Positions 50,361-61,250 of a stretch of 64,000 nucleotides of DNA are shown piece by piece (position 1 is the stretch's first letter; each line of letters starts with the position of its first letter). The position numbers were made by a program, and so were the translations under genes. Location of the stretch: NCBI GenBank assembly GCA_013265495.1, contig MU058065.1, positions 9,589,720 through 9,653,719 on the forward strand. The letters run 5' to 3'. Below the pieces are notes generated by a model. The model saw nothing but the letters and a program-made list of their open reading frames with translations, was not told the origin of the DNA and did not search any database. The stretch is from Vicugna vicugna. Lineage: Eukaryota.

Positions 50361-51437
50361 CATAAGCAAAACAAAAAGATAACCTATGGAATGGGAGAAA
50401 ATATTTGCAAATGTTGCCACTGACAAGGGTTTAATTTTCAGAATATATAAACAGCTCATACAACTTAATAACTAAAAAGCAAACAACCCAATCCAAAAAT
50501 GGGCAGAAGACCTAAACAAACAATTCTCTATTGAAGACGTACAAGTGGCCAATAGGCACATAAAAAATGCTCAGTATTGCTAATTATCAGAGAAATGCAA
50601 ATGAAAACTACAATGAGGTATTACCTCACACCAGTCGGAATCGCCATCATTCAAAAGTCCACAAACGATAAATGCTGGAGAGGGTGTGGAAAAAAGGAAA
50701 CCCTCCTATGTTGTTGGTAGGAATGTAGTTTGGTGCAGCCATTATGGAAAACAGTATGGAGATTCCTCAAAAGACTAAAAATAGACTTACCCGATGATCC
50801 AGCAATTCCACTCCTGGGCATATATCTGGAGGGAACTCTAATACAAAAATATACACGCAACCCAGTGTTCATAGCACTATTTACAATAGGCAAGACATGG
50901 GAACAACATAAATGTCCATTGATAGATGATAGATAAAGAAATTGTGGTATATTTAAACAATGAAATACTGTTCAGCTATAAAAAAGAATAAAATAATGCC
51001 ATTTGAAGCAACATGGATGGACCTGGAGATTGTCATTCTAAGTGAAGTAAGCCAGAAAGAAAAAGAAAAATACCGTATGATATCACTTATATGTGGAATC
51101 TGAAAAAAAAAAGACACAAATGAACTTATTTACAAAACAAAAACAGATTCACAGACATAGAAAGCAAACTTATGGTTACCAAGGGGGGAAAGTGGGTGGG
51201 AAGGGATAAATTGGGAATTTGAGATTTGCAGGTACTAACTACTATATATAAAACAGATATACAATAAGTTTCTTCTGTACAGCACAGGGAACTATACTCA
51301 ATATCTTGTAGTAACCTATAATGAAAAAGAATATGAAAATGAATATAAGTATGTGTATGTATGACTCAAACATGCTGTACACCAGAAATTGACACAACAT
51401 TGTAAACTGACTACAGTTCAATAAAAAAAAGAAAACA
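50361..51437 (+). mobile_element. 5'-truncated L1 (ORF2 C-terminus and 3'UTR)
   Basis: ORF 50730-50936 [31 protein letters not shown] is L1 ORF2; AATAAA 51420-51425 with A-tail; degenerate flanking repeat (16/19) at 50342-50360 and 51438-51456. Confidence 0.92.
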
Positions 51438-51614
51438 AATTGTACTTCATTTTGACATTTCATACAACAGTAGCATATTTATTATAAAGGCAAACTCTAG
51501 TTCATTAATAGTGAAAGACTGATTATAAATTTTAAAAATTTAATTTAGAAGTTAGAATTTATGATGGATTGATTCACATGTCAATAGACAGTTCATTTTA
51601 TTTTTGAGAAAAGT

Positions 51615-51900
51615 CAGTGTTTTCCAAATTGATCCAGTTATAAACTGGAATGCTTGCTAGAAATACAGACTCCCAGCCATCTTATTCTGATTTAGTGGAT
51701 TTGGGGCCCAGGTTTAATCATATGCCCATGTGATTCTTAGGACCCAGCAGAGGTAGGAAACACTGGAACAGAGATGGTTCTCAACTCCTGAGGTATACTC
51801 AGTTATCTGAGGGAGTTTTCAAGTAGTGTCAGTGCTCAGGCCTCCTTCCAACACCCATTAAACAGATTCTCCAGGCATTGGAATATTAAAGTAAAAATTC
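51615..51900. mobile_element. Adjacent MER5-like hAT MITEs
   Basis: CAGTGTTTTCCAAA...AAATACAGACTCCCAG...GTGATTCTTAG...GGAAACACTG, followed by a second partial copy. Confidence 0.6.
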
Positions 51901-52961
51901 CACTTCTCTAGTCATATGATTCCACACTATACACTGATGGGAGATGGATAAACAATTATGTGAAAGTTTTGTTTTTTTTTTTTGCAATGATAGCTAAAAT
52001 TCCGAGTAGCTAGAATATCAGCTCCATGAGGTCAGGAAACATCTGTGTCATGTCATGTCTCTTTCCTTATCCCCGAGCACAGTGTCTTCCATATATATTA
52101 TGGATGCACAATAATTATTTATTGATTAAATAGTTTCTGTTGGCTAAAATTGTAATTGTCTTCAAATGTTGAGGTCTTGCAATAGATGAACTTTAACAAC
52201 TGGACATGAAATACAGTCCAAAAATGGTTAAAATTGATACATGTTATGGTAGAGATGAGAGACAGCTGGTGATGCCAGGGGACGACTGATACCTTGGAGG
52301 TGAGCCAGGGAGAGCTTTCCCCAAGAAGCCCAGAGTTGGTACCCATCTCAGCGGCCGTTAGTGTCTGTTGATTGGCATCACATGTAGTAATCACATTTTT
52401 GAGCCTCCATCTCCACTCCTAGGGATGGTATAGATTAGCAGCCAGGCTTTGGGGACTAGGAGAGCAGAATCCCCTACCTCTGCCTCCCAGCCATCCATTC
52501 TGCACCTGGTCCTTGTCAAAGCACACACATATTTTAGTTAATTTTGGCCAGCTCCTCCTGCCCACATCTACTTCCCCTCCTGTTTATCAGCCATTGCCAG
52601 TGTGAGATTGGCACTCTGAGACTGTCATTTTGTTGTGTGACCACAGTAGCACCTAGCATGGTGCCAATCACACAGTTGTGGCCAATTCTAATACTTAGAG
52701 ATGATGAATATAATAAAGAGGAGAAGAAGCCAGGAAAACACCACCCTTAGATAGGAAAGGAAAGGGTAGTGATGGAGGACAGTGAAATGGCAGAAGCTTT
52801 TAATGTAGTTTTCATTTTTACCTTTTATATAAATTTGAACACTTGGCTAGGATGAGTCTCAGCTGTGAGAGGAGATTGGAAGGCCACCTAGGACTGGGAA
52901 AGAAGTAATTAAAAAATACCTGGAATGCTTGGGTACAGTTGAACTAGCAGGGCCAGATGAC

Positions 52962-53180
52962 TGGCAGTGTAATGCAGTGGAAGGAGAATTGGATGAATAT
53001 TCAGAACACCTGGGTTCTATTCTCAACTACTTACTAATTGAGTGACCTTGGGGAAAGAAGCTCTCTCAACCTTGCTCTCCATACCTGTAAAATGGAGATA
53101 ATATTACCTACCTTAAAGAATTGTAGAGAGTAAATTAAAAAAATCATGAAGTACTGTTTGGACCTAGGACATGTTTAACA
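52962..53180 (+). mobile_element. MIR SINE nested in CR1/L3
   Basis: CAGAACACCTGGGTTCTATTCTCAACT...AGTGACCTTGGGG...CTCCATACCTGTAAAATGGAGATAATATTACCTACC. Confidence 0.75.
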
Positions 53181-53840
53181 ATTGCAGATATCACTGCACA
53201 GCTGCCAGCCTTTGCTTTTGAGAAATGAAGGACAGTTTTCTGCAAGGTAAGTATGTGTATCAGTTTGCACTGATACCTGGGAAACGAGTGGAAAAAAATC
53301 ACCAGCAATTTAAAAGAACCAAGAGGTTGGGAAGTAACCCGTATGGCTTTAAAAGAGCACGTGGTGCCTTACCAAGTTTATTAGCCTCTATAATTGAGGA
53401 AAAGTACCCCAAATAAGGAAATGACAGTGGAATCTTCATGATTGTTGAGATATCATTGTAAGCTGAGCAGTTTGAAACTTTCAGTACTATGTTTGTCTCT
53501 GGCATATGTTTGCTTATCATTAATTAACTTATAAATATATTGTATTATGTCCTGTATTTAAAGATAGTAAGGTAAGGAATCAGCTCAAGGATTTCACATA
53601 AAGTTGAGTCAGTTTACCAGGATTTCGTAAGAGTTGGTTTGAGTATACCATGGACTCTGAGATGGGTGGTATTCTCTAACATAATTGAGAGTAAAGGAGT
53701 TCAAGCTATTTGTAATCAGTTCCCTATGACTGAGGGAATTGGAATGTCTGTGCCATTGCTTTACAGAATTCTCGAGCATGGTAGAAAGTGAAAAACTCTT
53801 CCATGTCTAGTGATTATCCACAGACCTGGAGCCCCGAGGG

Positions 53841-54022
53841 CAGTGCTTCTCCGGAGGGTTGCCTGCTAATCAGCAATAGCAGAATTATCTGAAGAACTTG
53901 CTAAAAATGCAAACCCCTAAGTCCCTTTGCAGATTTACTGAATGAGAACTCTGGGTGGAGCTTAGAGAGTGAATTTTATCAAACATCATCAGGATTCTTA
54001 GGCTCACTGAAATTGCTGATCT
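53841..54022. mobile_element. MER5-like hAT MITE nested in CR1/L3
   Basis: CAGTGCTTCTC...AGAATTATCTGAAGAACTTGCTAAAAATGCAAACC...GATTTACTGAATGAGAACTCTGGG. Confidence 0.7.
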
Positions 54023-54412
54023 GCAGAGAAGAATGGTATTATTCAACATCTATTAACATCCGTACTATGAATATGGCTCGGAGAATTGAGAGTAACATTA
54101 AATACTCAGATGAGTCTAAATATGAAGGGACAGTTACTATTCTGGAAAATTGAAATACAAATCAGTGATTTTGAAAAATTTGAAAGTGAGTCATTCAAAC
54201 ACAGAATGAATTATTTCAACAAATAAAGCAAGGGGATATAATTGGAAACCAAAACTCTATGTTGTAATAATAGCCATCTCCTTGGATTGATACTTTCCAG
54301 GTCACCTCCTCAGAGAATCTTCACTCCTTCCTAGATTTTTTCTCTTTTTTTCGCCTCCAGGCAGAGAATACTGTTACCAGGTTAATGAACCAAACTGCTA
54401 TACTCCCTGGGC

Positions 54413-54590
54413 TCAGTAGTTCCCATCCTAGATTACACATTAGAATAGCCTGGAACAATTTTAAATAATACCAATTCCCAGTCCCTCTTCTCAGTTTAAT
54501 CAGATTTTTTATAGGTGGGGCCCGGGCACTGGTGTATTTTAAATGCTTCCAAGTGATTCTAGATTTGAGGAGGACTGAGAACCTCTGTGT
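54413..54590. mobile_element. MER5A-like hAT MITE
   Basis: CAGTAGTTCCCATCCTAGATTACACATTAGAATAGCCTGGA...TGCTTCCAAGTGATTCTA...CTGAGAACCTCTG. Confidence 0.7.
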
Positions 54591-55319
54591 AGATAAATGG
54601 AGGTGGGGTACAGGAGGTGGCAGGAGAGAAAGATGAAAACGCTTTTTCACTCAGTTATGCTTGTATATAAAAACAGAAGTTTTAAATGTTTAAGCAGGCA
54701 TATCTGAATTAGCAATATTACTAGCCACACTCAGTGTTCAAATCAGTTTTCGCTTTGAAATATTCCAACATCTGACTCCTTTAGCTTCATTGTCCTTGCC
54801 AAATTTATGGTTTTCATCTCTGTCTGGGTAACAATTTCAGAAGTCTTGAATCTGGCCTTCCTGTTTGTTTTGATTATTTGGTCTGCCTGAAACCTAAGAT
54901 GTGAGGATGTTTTCCTGGGGGCCAATTCATTCTTTGGTGACAGGGTTTGTGGATCTGTCAGGAGAGTTCTGGCATACACACAACAGATTAGTTACCGATT
55001 TTGTCTTTTTTACGCTTGAGGTTGGGATCAGATGCCTGGATCAGCAGTCGGCAGGTCATGTTGGAAAGGTTTGTCATCCCTAGTGTGGTCATAGCTATGA
55101 CTGCAGCAGAGTTAGCCTGGTTTCCTCGTTACTACGATGATTTGTTCATTCACCAGATTTATATTAAACACCTGAAATATTCAGGTATTTTACTGGGCAC
55201 TGAGTACAGTCTATCAAGATAATATACCTAATCCTTGTCTGGTAAGCAGCTCATGTTACTTCTTTCTCTCCTGCTTTCCCCCATTCTTCTTCCCACCTCT
55301 TTCCTTCCCTCTCTGCATT

Positions 55320-55998
55320 AAGGAACCTGTTTCTAACGTTCGTGGAGCCTGGGGCAAGAGTACAAATGAAGTCTGTTTACTAAAGTATTTAAAAATTATA
55401 AGACAAGTTTACAAGCTGTTAAAAGTATTTTCTGTTCTCCTGCATTGAGAAATACACCCTTGTAATGAGGGAGAAGTGTTGGAATTTAGAATTCTCAGAC
55501 TCCTCAGAATTTTGAGTTAGAAGATGGTGGTTCTGGGAGAGCCCACTCCTGGGACCCCGCACCCAGCTACTGCTTTTTCTTTTCCCACCTCTGGCTCCTC
55601 CAGCTCTTGGCGGGGACCTCCCATACATGCATGTTAAACATGGAGCTTACAGGTCAAGCTCTGGCCAATGCCACTCCCTTACCCCTGCCAGTCAGCTGCT
55701 CCTTGGCCACTCTGGAAGTGTGCACGACAGTTTGGTTGGCTCTTGAGAGGGCAGGCCCTAGGGGGAGGCCTAGGCAGGCACTGGGAGTGGCTTGGCGCTA
55801 TATAGGCAGGGAACTTTAAGGTCTTCCACTCCCAGAGCATGGTCAGTGTGGGGGATGGGTACAGGCTCCAGGTAGACATGTCCCCTTGACCCCAAGGGGA
55901 GAGATGCAGCTAGAGGAGAGCCTGAGTGGGACCCCTCTTAAGCGTGGCTCCCTTTAAAGTTGAGGTTCCTCTTAACCTGGGTCTAAGAGTGGTTCTGC
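55320..55998 (-). mobile_element. hAT-Tip100 non-autonomous element (MER115-like)
   Basis: Minus end CAGAACCACTCTTAGACCCAGGTTAAGAGG...CCACGCTTAAGAGGGGTCCC; other end GGAGCCTGGGGCAAGAGTACAAATG. Family recalled from memory. Confidence 0.5.
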
Positions 55999-58400
55999 TT
56001 TTACTTGCCTGCTTACTTTGCTAATTTAACATTTATTGAGCACCTCCATTAAGTACAGGTCACAGTAGATACCATATGTGTTCGTGCAGGAAAGGAAGAA
56101 TGAGGGAAGGGTGGAAAAAAATTGGTTTTTCCTCTTCTAGTCTCCCTTAGTTTCTCCACTGGTTTGTTTGGACTCTACACATTTCTTGGACTACCCCCCT
56201 GCAAGGTGTCCGTGGCCTATCTTTGTCATGAATACAATAAAGGAAAGGAGAGACAACTACATTTCCTGTCTAGGACATTACTGACCAGGGCCTGCACATA
56301 TCAGGCTGGGAGGAGAGCGGACTGAGTGAGATTTAAACTGGCACGTGGCACATATTACACGTAAATACTAGTTAGGCTTTATACTCGAGATATAATTCCG
56401 AATTTGGGGAATCTTTTACATCTATTTCAGATTATGCTTTAATAAACACAAATTCATCTGTGTCAAAATCTAATTGTATTTTACTCTTTCCTTGATGAGT
56501 AAAGAGAGTTCAGAGGCAGTTATAGCAGTTTACTTCTGAGCCCAATAATAAATATGCAAATACATGCTAAAATAGAAATCCAATTTGAAATAATTCAAGT
56601 GAAATTACATAGAAGTGGTTAGCTTAAATTGGGACTTTCTACCTGTCTCTTTTTATTTGGTTCTGTGTGGAGAGTGTGGAATCAAAGCCAATATTGAGAC
56701 TCAAATTACGCTGAACACACACAGGCACTTTTCAAACACCTTGGGCTTTTGTGAGACTATTGAGGCAGCTGTTAGGATTGTGTTGTACTTGTCTTGGAAG
56801 AAGGATACCTGGCAGGAAACCCTTCTAGGTAAATCTGAAAGAGGGAAGGATAATTGAGGGAAAATACTAGTAAGTACTCCATGAAGAAGTGTGCTCTAAA
56901 AATAAAGAAAGGCAGTTGGCAGTGAAAGTCCTTGAAAAATACACTGAGTTTGAGAGAGAAAAGAATGAAGGGAAGTAGGCTTTCTGAAACCAAGTCTTAG
57001 TGTAAGTTGGGTAGGAGATCTCTGGGACTGTGCCTTGATTGCTTAACCAGGGTAATTGCAGGGAGGAAAACTTTCCAGGTATTTGCTGTTGAATAATTTA
57101 GTTTATCCTGCTGATTAAAAAATACCTAAACCTACACCAAATGGGTCTAAATTGTTTCCATATTAAGACCAATGAGAGCAATTTTTAAGTTTATTGTGGT
57201 TTCCTTTAAATACATTTCAGCTCTTACCATTAAAATGGCTCATTTGGCAATTGAATAAGGTGATTTGATTAAAATGACTAACATTCAAATAATCAAGATA
57301 GTAAAAAAAAAATTCGTGAGATTTATAAAAAGCCTAATTGTACAGTTCAATCCTTGGAAATCATTAGCTAATGTTCTGATGATCAAGTAATAAATACATA
57401 AGTGGATTAAAGAAACATAAATGAAAATTCATCTAAATTTAATTTAGATAAAATCCACATATATGTTTGAATATTGAATTTTAATGATTTAATGATGTAC
57501 ATATTTTAGGGAGAAAGCAGGAGTTTGAGAGTAAACATAATTAATTATAAGTTTCTAAGAAGTTATCCCCAGGTATCCTTTGTTCTTTACTCTTGGCTTT
57601 TGGTGGAGTGTTGTACAAAAAATAACATTGTAAATCTCTCTCTTTTTGTTTTCTTTATACGTTTTTTTTTTTTTCTCTGAGCAGGTAAAACCACTTTAAA
57701 ATGTGCATTTCTACCTGTAGGAGCCCTCTTCTCCTGGGGCTTGTGGTTGGAAGAGTTTTGATGGGTAGCCATGGATGTTTGAGGAGCATGAATTTGTGAG
57801 GAAGGAACTGTCCATGTTCTTTTTTATTCTCTACCTCAAATATTCAACTTTTCTATTTGTATTTTAATTTATAATTTATATATACCTTCTGCTAAGTGCA
57901 ATTTAAGATTATAATAGAGGGCACACTTACCATAAGACCATTAACACAGAAGTAGAAAATTAGTGGGTGAAGGAGAGAAAAAGCCTACTAAAAACTTGGG
58001 TCAGTATCATTGCAGTATGCATGCTAAAGCATGGAATTAACTTTCCAGTTTGGTGAATTTGTGGATGTAGGGCTGGATCTATACTGGGTTAACAAAATGA
58101 ACATTTTAGTTAAAGCTTTTGGGAGGATCCAAGTAAATGAAAATAAAATTTTTTTAAGAATTTCTTTTTATGAATTGTTTTGTGTTTATTTGATTTGCAC
58201 TGCCTGTACTCACATAAGATTGTATTGTACCTGAAGGACAATTTCTACGTTTATTGAAAGGGATGTACTCGGACTGGGAGTGAGAAAGCTGTCTTCACAG
58301 GGCATTTTCTCGCCGGTGGTAAGACCAACTTAAAAATTCAATTGACTTATGAAGTTGCTTGTTGTTAAGTGACATCAGTAAGAATCTGGTAGTGATAATG

Positions 58401-58738
58401 CAGTGGTTCCCAAATTCACCTAGTGAAGTGCTCGAATAGCTAAGGAAAATGAAGACCACTTCTTGACCTCTAACTCTGAACCCAGTATCATGCACTAGGT
58501 CTAAGAGGAGAGGTTTAGCTTACCTTATGTACAGTTTCATATTTATCATTAAAATTCACTCAGAATTTACATTTTATCTCATAATATAGCTGCGGTTCTT
58601 TTGATGTTAATAGTATGTTTTAATTTGACAACTAGTAATATTTCAGAAATGTACCATGTTTACCCGGGAGCTCCTCATATCTCCAAAATCACCTTCAGTT
58701 CTCCTGAGGATACTCATACCACGGTCGGAGAATCATTG
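58401..58738. mobile_element. hAT-Charlie non-autonomous element
   Basis: TIR-like ends CAGTGGTTCCCAAA and GATACTCATACCACGGTCGGAGAATCATTG. Confidence 0.6.
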
Positions 58739-59049
58739 TCCTGAAGGGTAGTTCCAGCAAGCTGTGCTGATTTTATAAAATGCCCTTCTTAACCCTAGGG
58801 ATGGTTCTGTCCTGGGAAATAATTTTCTAGAAGTGCTTAGTGATGTTGGAGACACAAGGAGCCATTTATCTCTAGGATCATCTTTTTCAACACTTGTCAC
58901 TGCAGTTCTTCTGATTACATCATTTTTTCTGCTCTAGTCTCAAAACTTTACAATTACTCAACTACAAGTTTATGACTGCTTCAGGGAGAGAACTCCAGAA
59001 ATTGACCTTGCTTTACTGTCTTAATCATTTTTTTCCCCTTCAACAGCAA

Positions 59050-61250
59050 TAACAAAAAATTATTGAGTTTCTTCTATTTCTAGGGCACCCTCCTAGGGAA
59101 ACAAAGAAGTGCAGGCATGATTCCTGTTTTTAACCTACATAATACAGTAGAGAAGACAGATCATATGTGTGGAAAGACAAGTAGTATAAAAGGTAGCACA
59201 ACATGAATGCTATATTACTTAATTAATTATTTAAGTCAGTGAATGCATACTAAGTGCCAACTCTTGATCAAGCATTGGGCAAAGCTGTGGGTGAGGTCCA
59301 GAGGAGAGTGAAGTGTTCTTACGAACAAGTATAATCTAGTGCGACATAATTAATATAGCAATTGATATATGTGTAACTTGCTGTGGAAGCACAAGAGGGA
59401 GTGCCTAGCTCTTGGGGAGATCTTGTGGAAGGAAGAAGGTTTTCTCCATTTTACTGAGTGTATCTTTTCTTTTTTTGGCATCACTTCCTTTATTTTCTAA
59501 CTCCACAATTTGTCATGGGAATCATTCTCTCACCAATTTCTTGGGATTTTTGTCCTCTCTTTGGATCAGTTCACCTTTCCCCTTCTTGGCTCGTAGGACT
59601 GGACTATGGAATGAGATTGGTGCCAGTGCAAATACATGGACTTCAAACTTTGTTCTCCAATCTTCAGTGCTGCCAGAAGTTCTTTATACATCCCATATAA
59701 GTTCCCTCTTCTTTTTTCAATAGCAGCTAATACAGACTTCTACTACTCTTCTCAACCCAGCCTCAGTTCCTCTGTCAACAGATAACTTTCTTTGCTTCAC
59801 AAAGAAAAGTTAGAAACCATTAGTATGCAACACCATCAATTTCTGGTCTTCTTTCTAAATGCTAGGCATGCTCCCACCTCAGAACCTTTGAACTAGCTGA
59901 TCTGTTTGTCTGAATCACTGTTCTTCGAGATGTTGGCATGGCTAATCCACTTTTCTTTTTTATGTCTTTGCTTAGTTGTCATTTTCTCAATAAGGCTTCC
60001 CTCTTTATCCTTGAATCCCATTCCACTCCCTCCACAGACATACTCTATTCCTCTTACGTGACATGCTCAATAAATATTTGTTGAATAAATGTTGAATTCC
60101 TACACATTTTTAACATCCCTCTCTCTTACCTAATAGAAAGGGGGCCCCTTTTCCTTCTATGGATAGTTACTTTTACCTCTGTTCCACCTCCTATTCCCTC
60201 CAGATCATCAGGAGTCGAGATTCATCAATCATCCAATTTCTTCATCTCTCTAACTCTATTCCATCAGCACATACATGTTTTTCAATCTCAAAAAAAAAAA
60301 ATCCTCTCCATTCTAGATCTTTCCTCTAGCCACCCTACAGTAAAACTTCTTGAAAGAAAAGCCTTCACTTACTGTGTCCATTTTCATTTCCTGTTCAGCC
60401 CTTGATTTCAGTCTGACTTCTGATCATCTGTCTGATGGTCAGAAAAAATTGTTTCTGTAAAAATGATCAGTGGGCTCCTGTTAAATCAGGCCTTCTTCAG
60501 GGGTCTTGTATCATACATGGCTCCCTCCATCATACATTCTATTGCAAGGGACTTGTTGTTATCTTACCCACTGGACCTTTTATTTCACATATCCATTTTT
60601 GGGGGTCAGTTATTCCACAAATATCTATTGAATATTAACATGTACAGAAACTGTTTTAGGTCCTGAGGATTTACCGATAAACTGACAGAAAATTTATGTT
60701 AAATGCAGCTATTAGCCTTATGGAAGAAGCAGGCATTAAGCAAAGAGGCAAGTACACATCATAAAATTAAAACTGCCAGATGGTTTTAAAGAAGACTTAC
60801 ACGGTACTATAAGAGTACTTAAGAAGAGAATTGGACCTTTCAAAAAGCTTGAAGAACATATTCCTGAGAAAGGAATGTGGGGGCTGAGAAGTAAAGCCGA
60901 GCAGGAGTTATCTAGTCAAAGATGAAGGCATGATGAGAGGGAATAGGATGTGTAAAGTCCTGTGGTTGGAGGGAGCATAGAGTTTGAGAATATGAGATAA
61001 AGCTGATATGGCTGGAGCCCATGGATATAAGGGAGGAGTGACAGATGGTTAGGCTAGTAAGAGTCAGGGCCACATGACACTGTGACATTAGAAGAGGTTA
61101 AGGATTTGGGTCTTTAATACTAAGAATATATGGGTGTATTTAAAGTGGAGGTTGTGTCTTTATACCTTAACCACCTGCTATTAGTTTAGGGCAAGAATCA
61201 TCAAAGAAGCGTATTAAATGTTTATTGAATGAAGGAAGAAATGGACATTT
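59050..61250. mobile_element. Cluster of nested L2 fragments, both orientations
   Basis: L2 tails (ATGCTCAATAAATATTTGTTGAATAAATG at ~60063; TTATTCCACAAATATCTATTGAATA at ~60610) and body text (CCACCTCAGAACCTTTGAACTAGCTG). Confidence 0.65.

Larger units (their letters stand above)
52760..54270 (+). mobile_element. CR1/L3 LINE ORF2 (RT) fossil with nested MIR and MER5
   Basis: Collinear CR1-like peptides: MEDSEMAEAFNVVF (52772), VIKKYLECLGTVELAGPDD (~52905), IADITAQLPAFAFEK (53181), IPGKRVEK..SNPYGFKRARGALPSL (~53275-53380), LFNI (54039), IESNIKYSDESKYEG (54085). Confidence 0.75.

Noticed and set aside
52186..52299. 114-nt AG/GT-bounded + strand segment as a coding exon
   Set aside because: Stops in all three frames and a weak polypyrimidine tract.
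53225..53416. 63-aa ATG ORF as a host coding exon
   Set aside because: Better explained as part of the CR1/L3 RT fossil.
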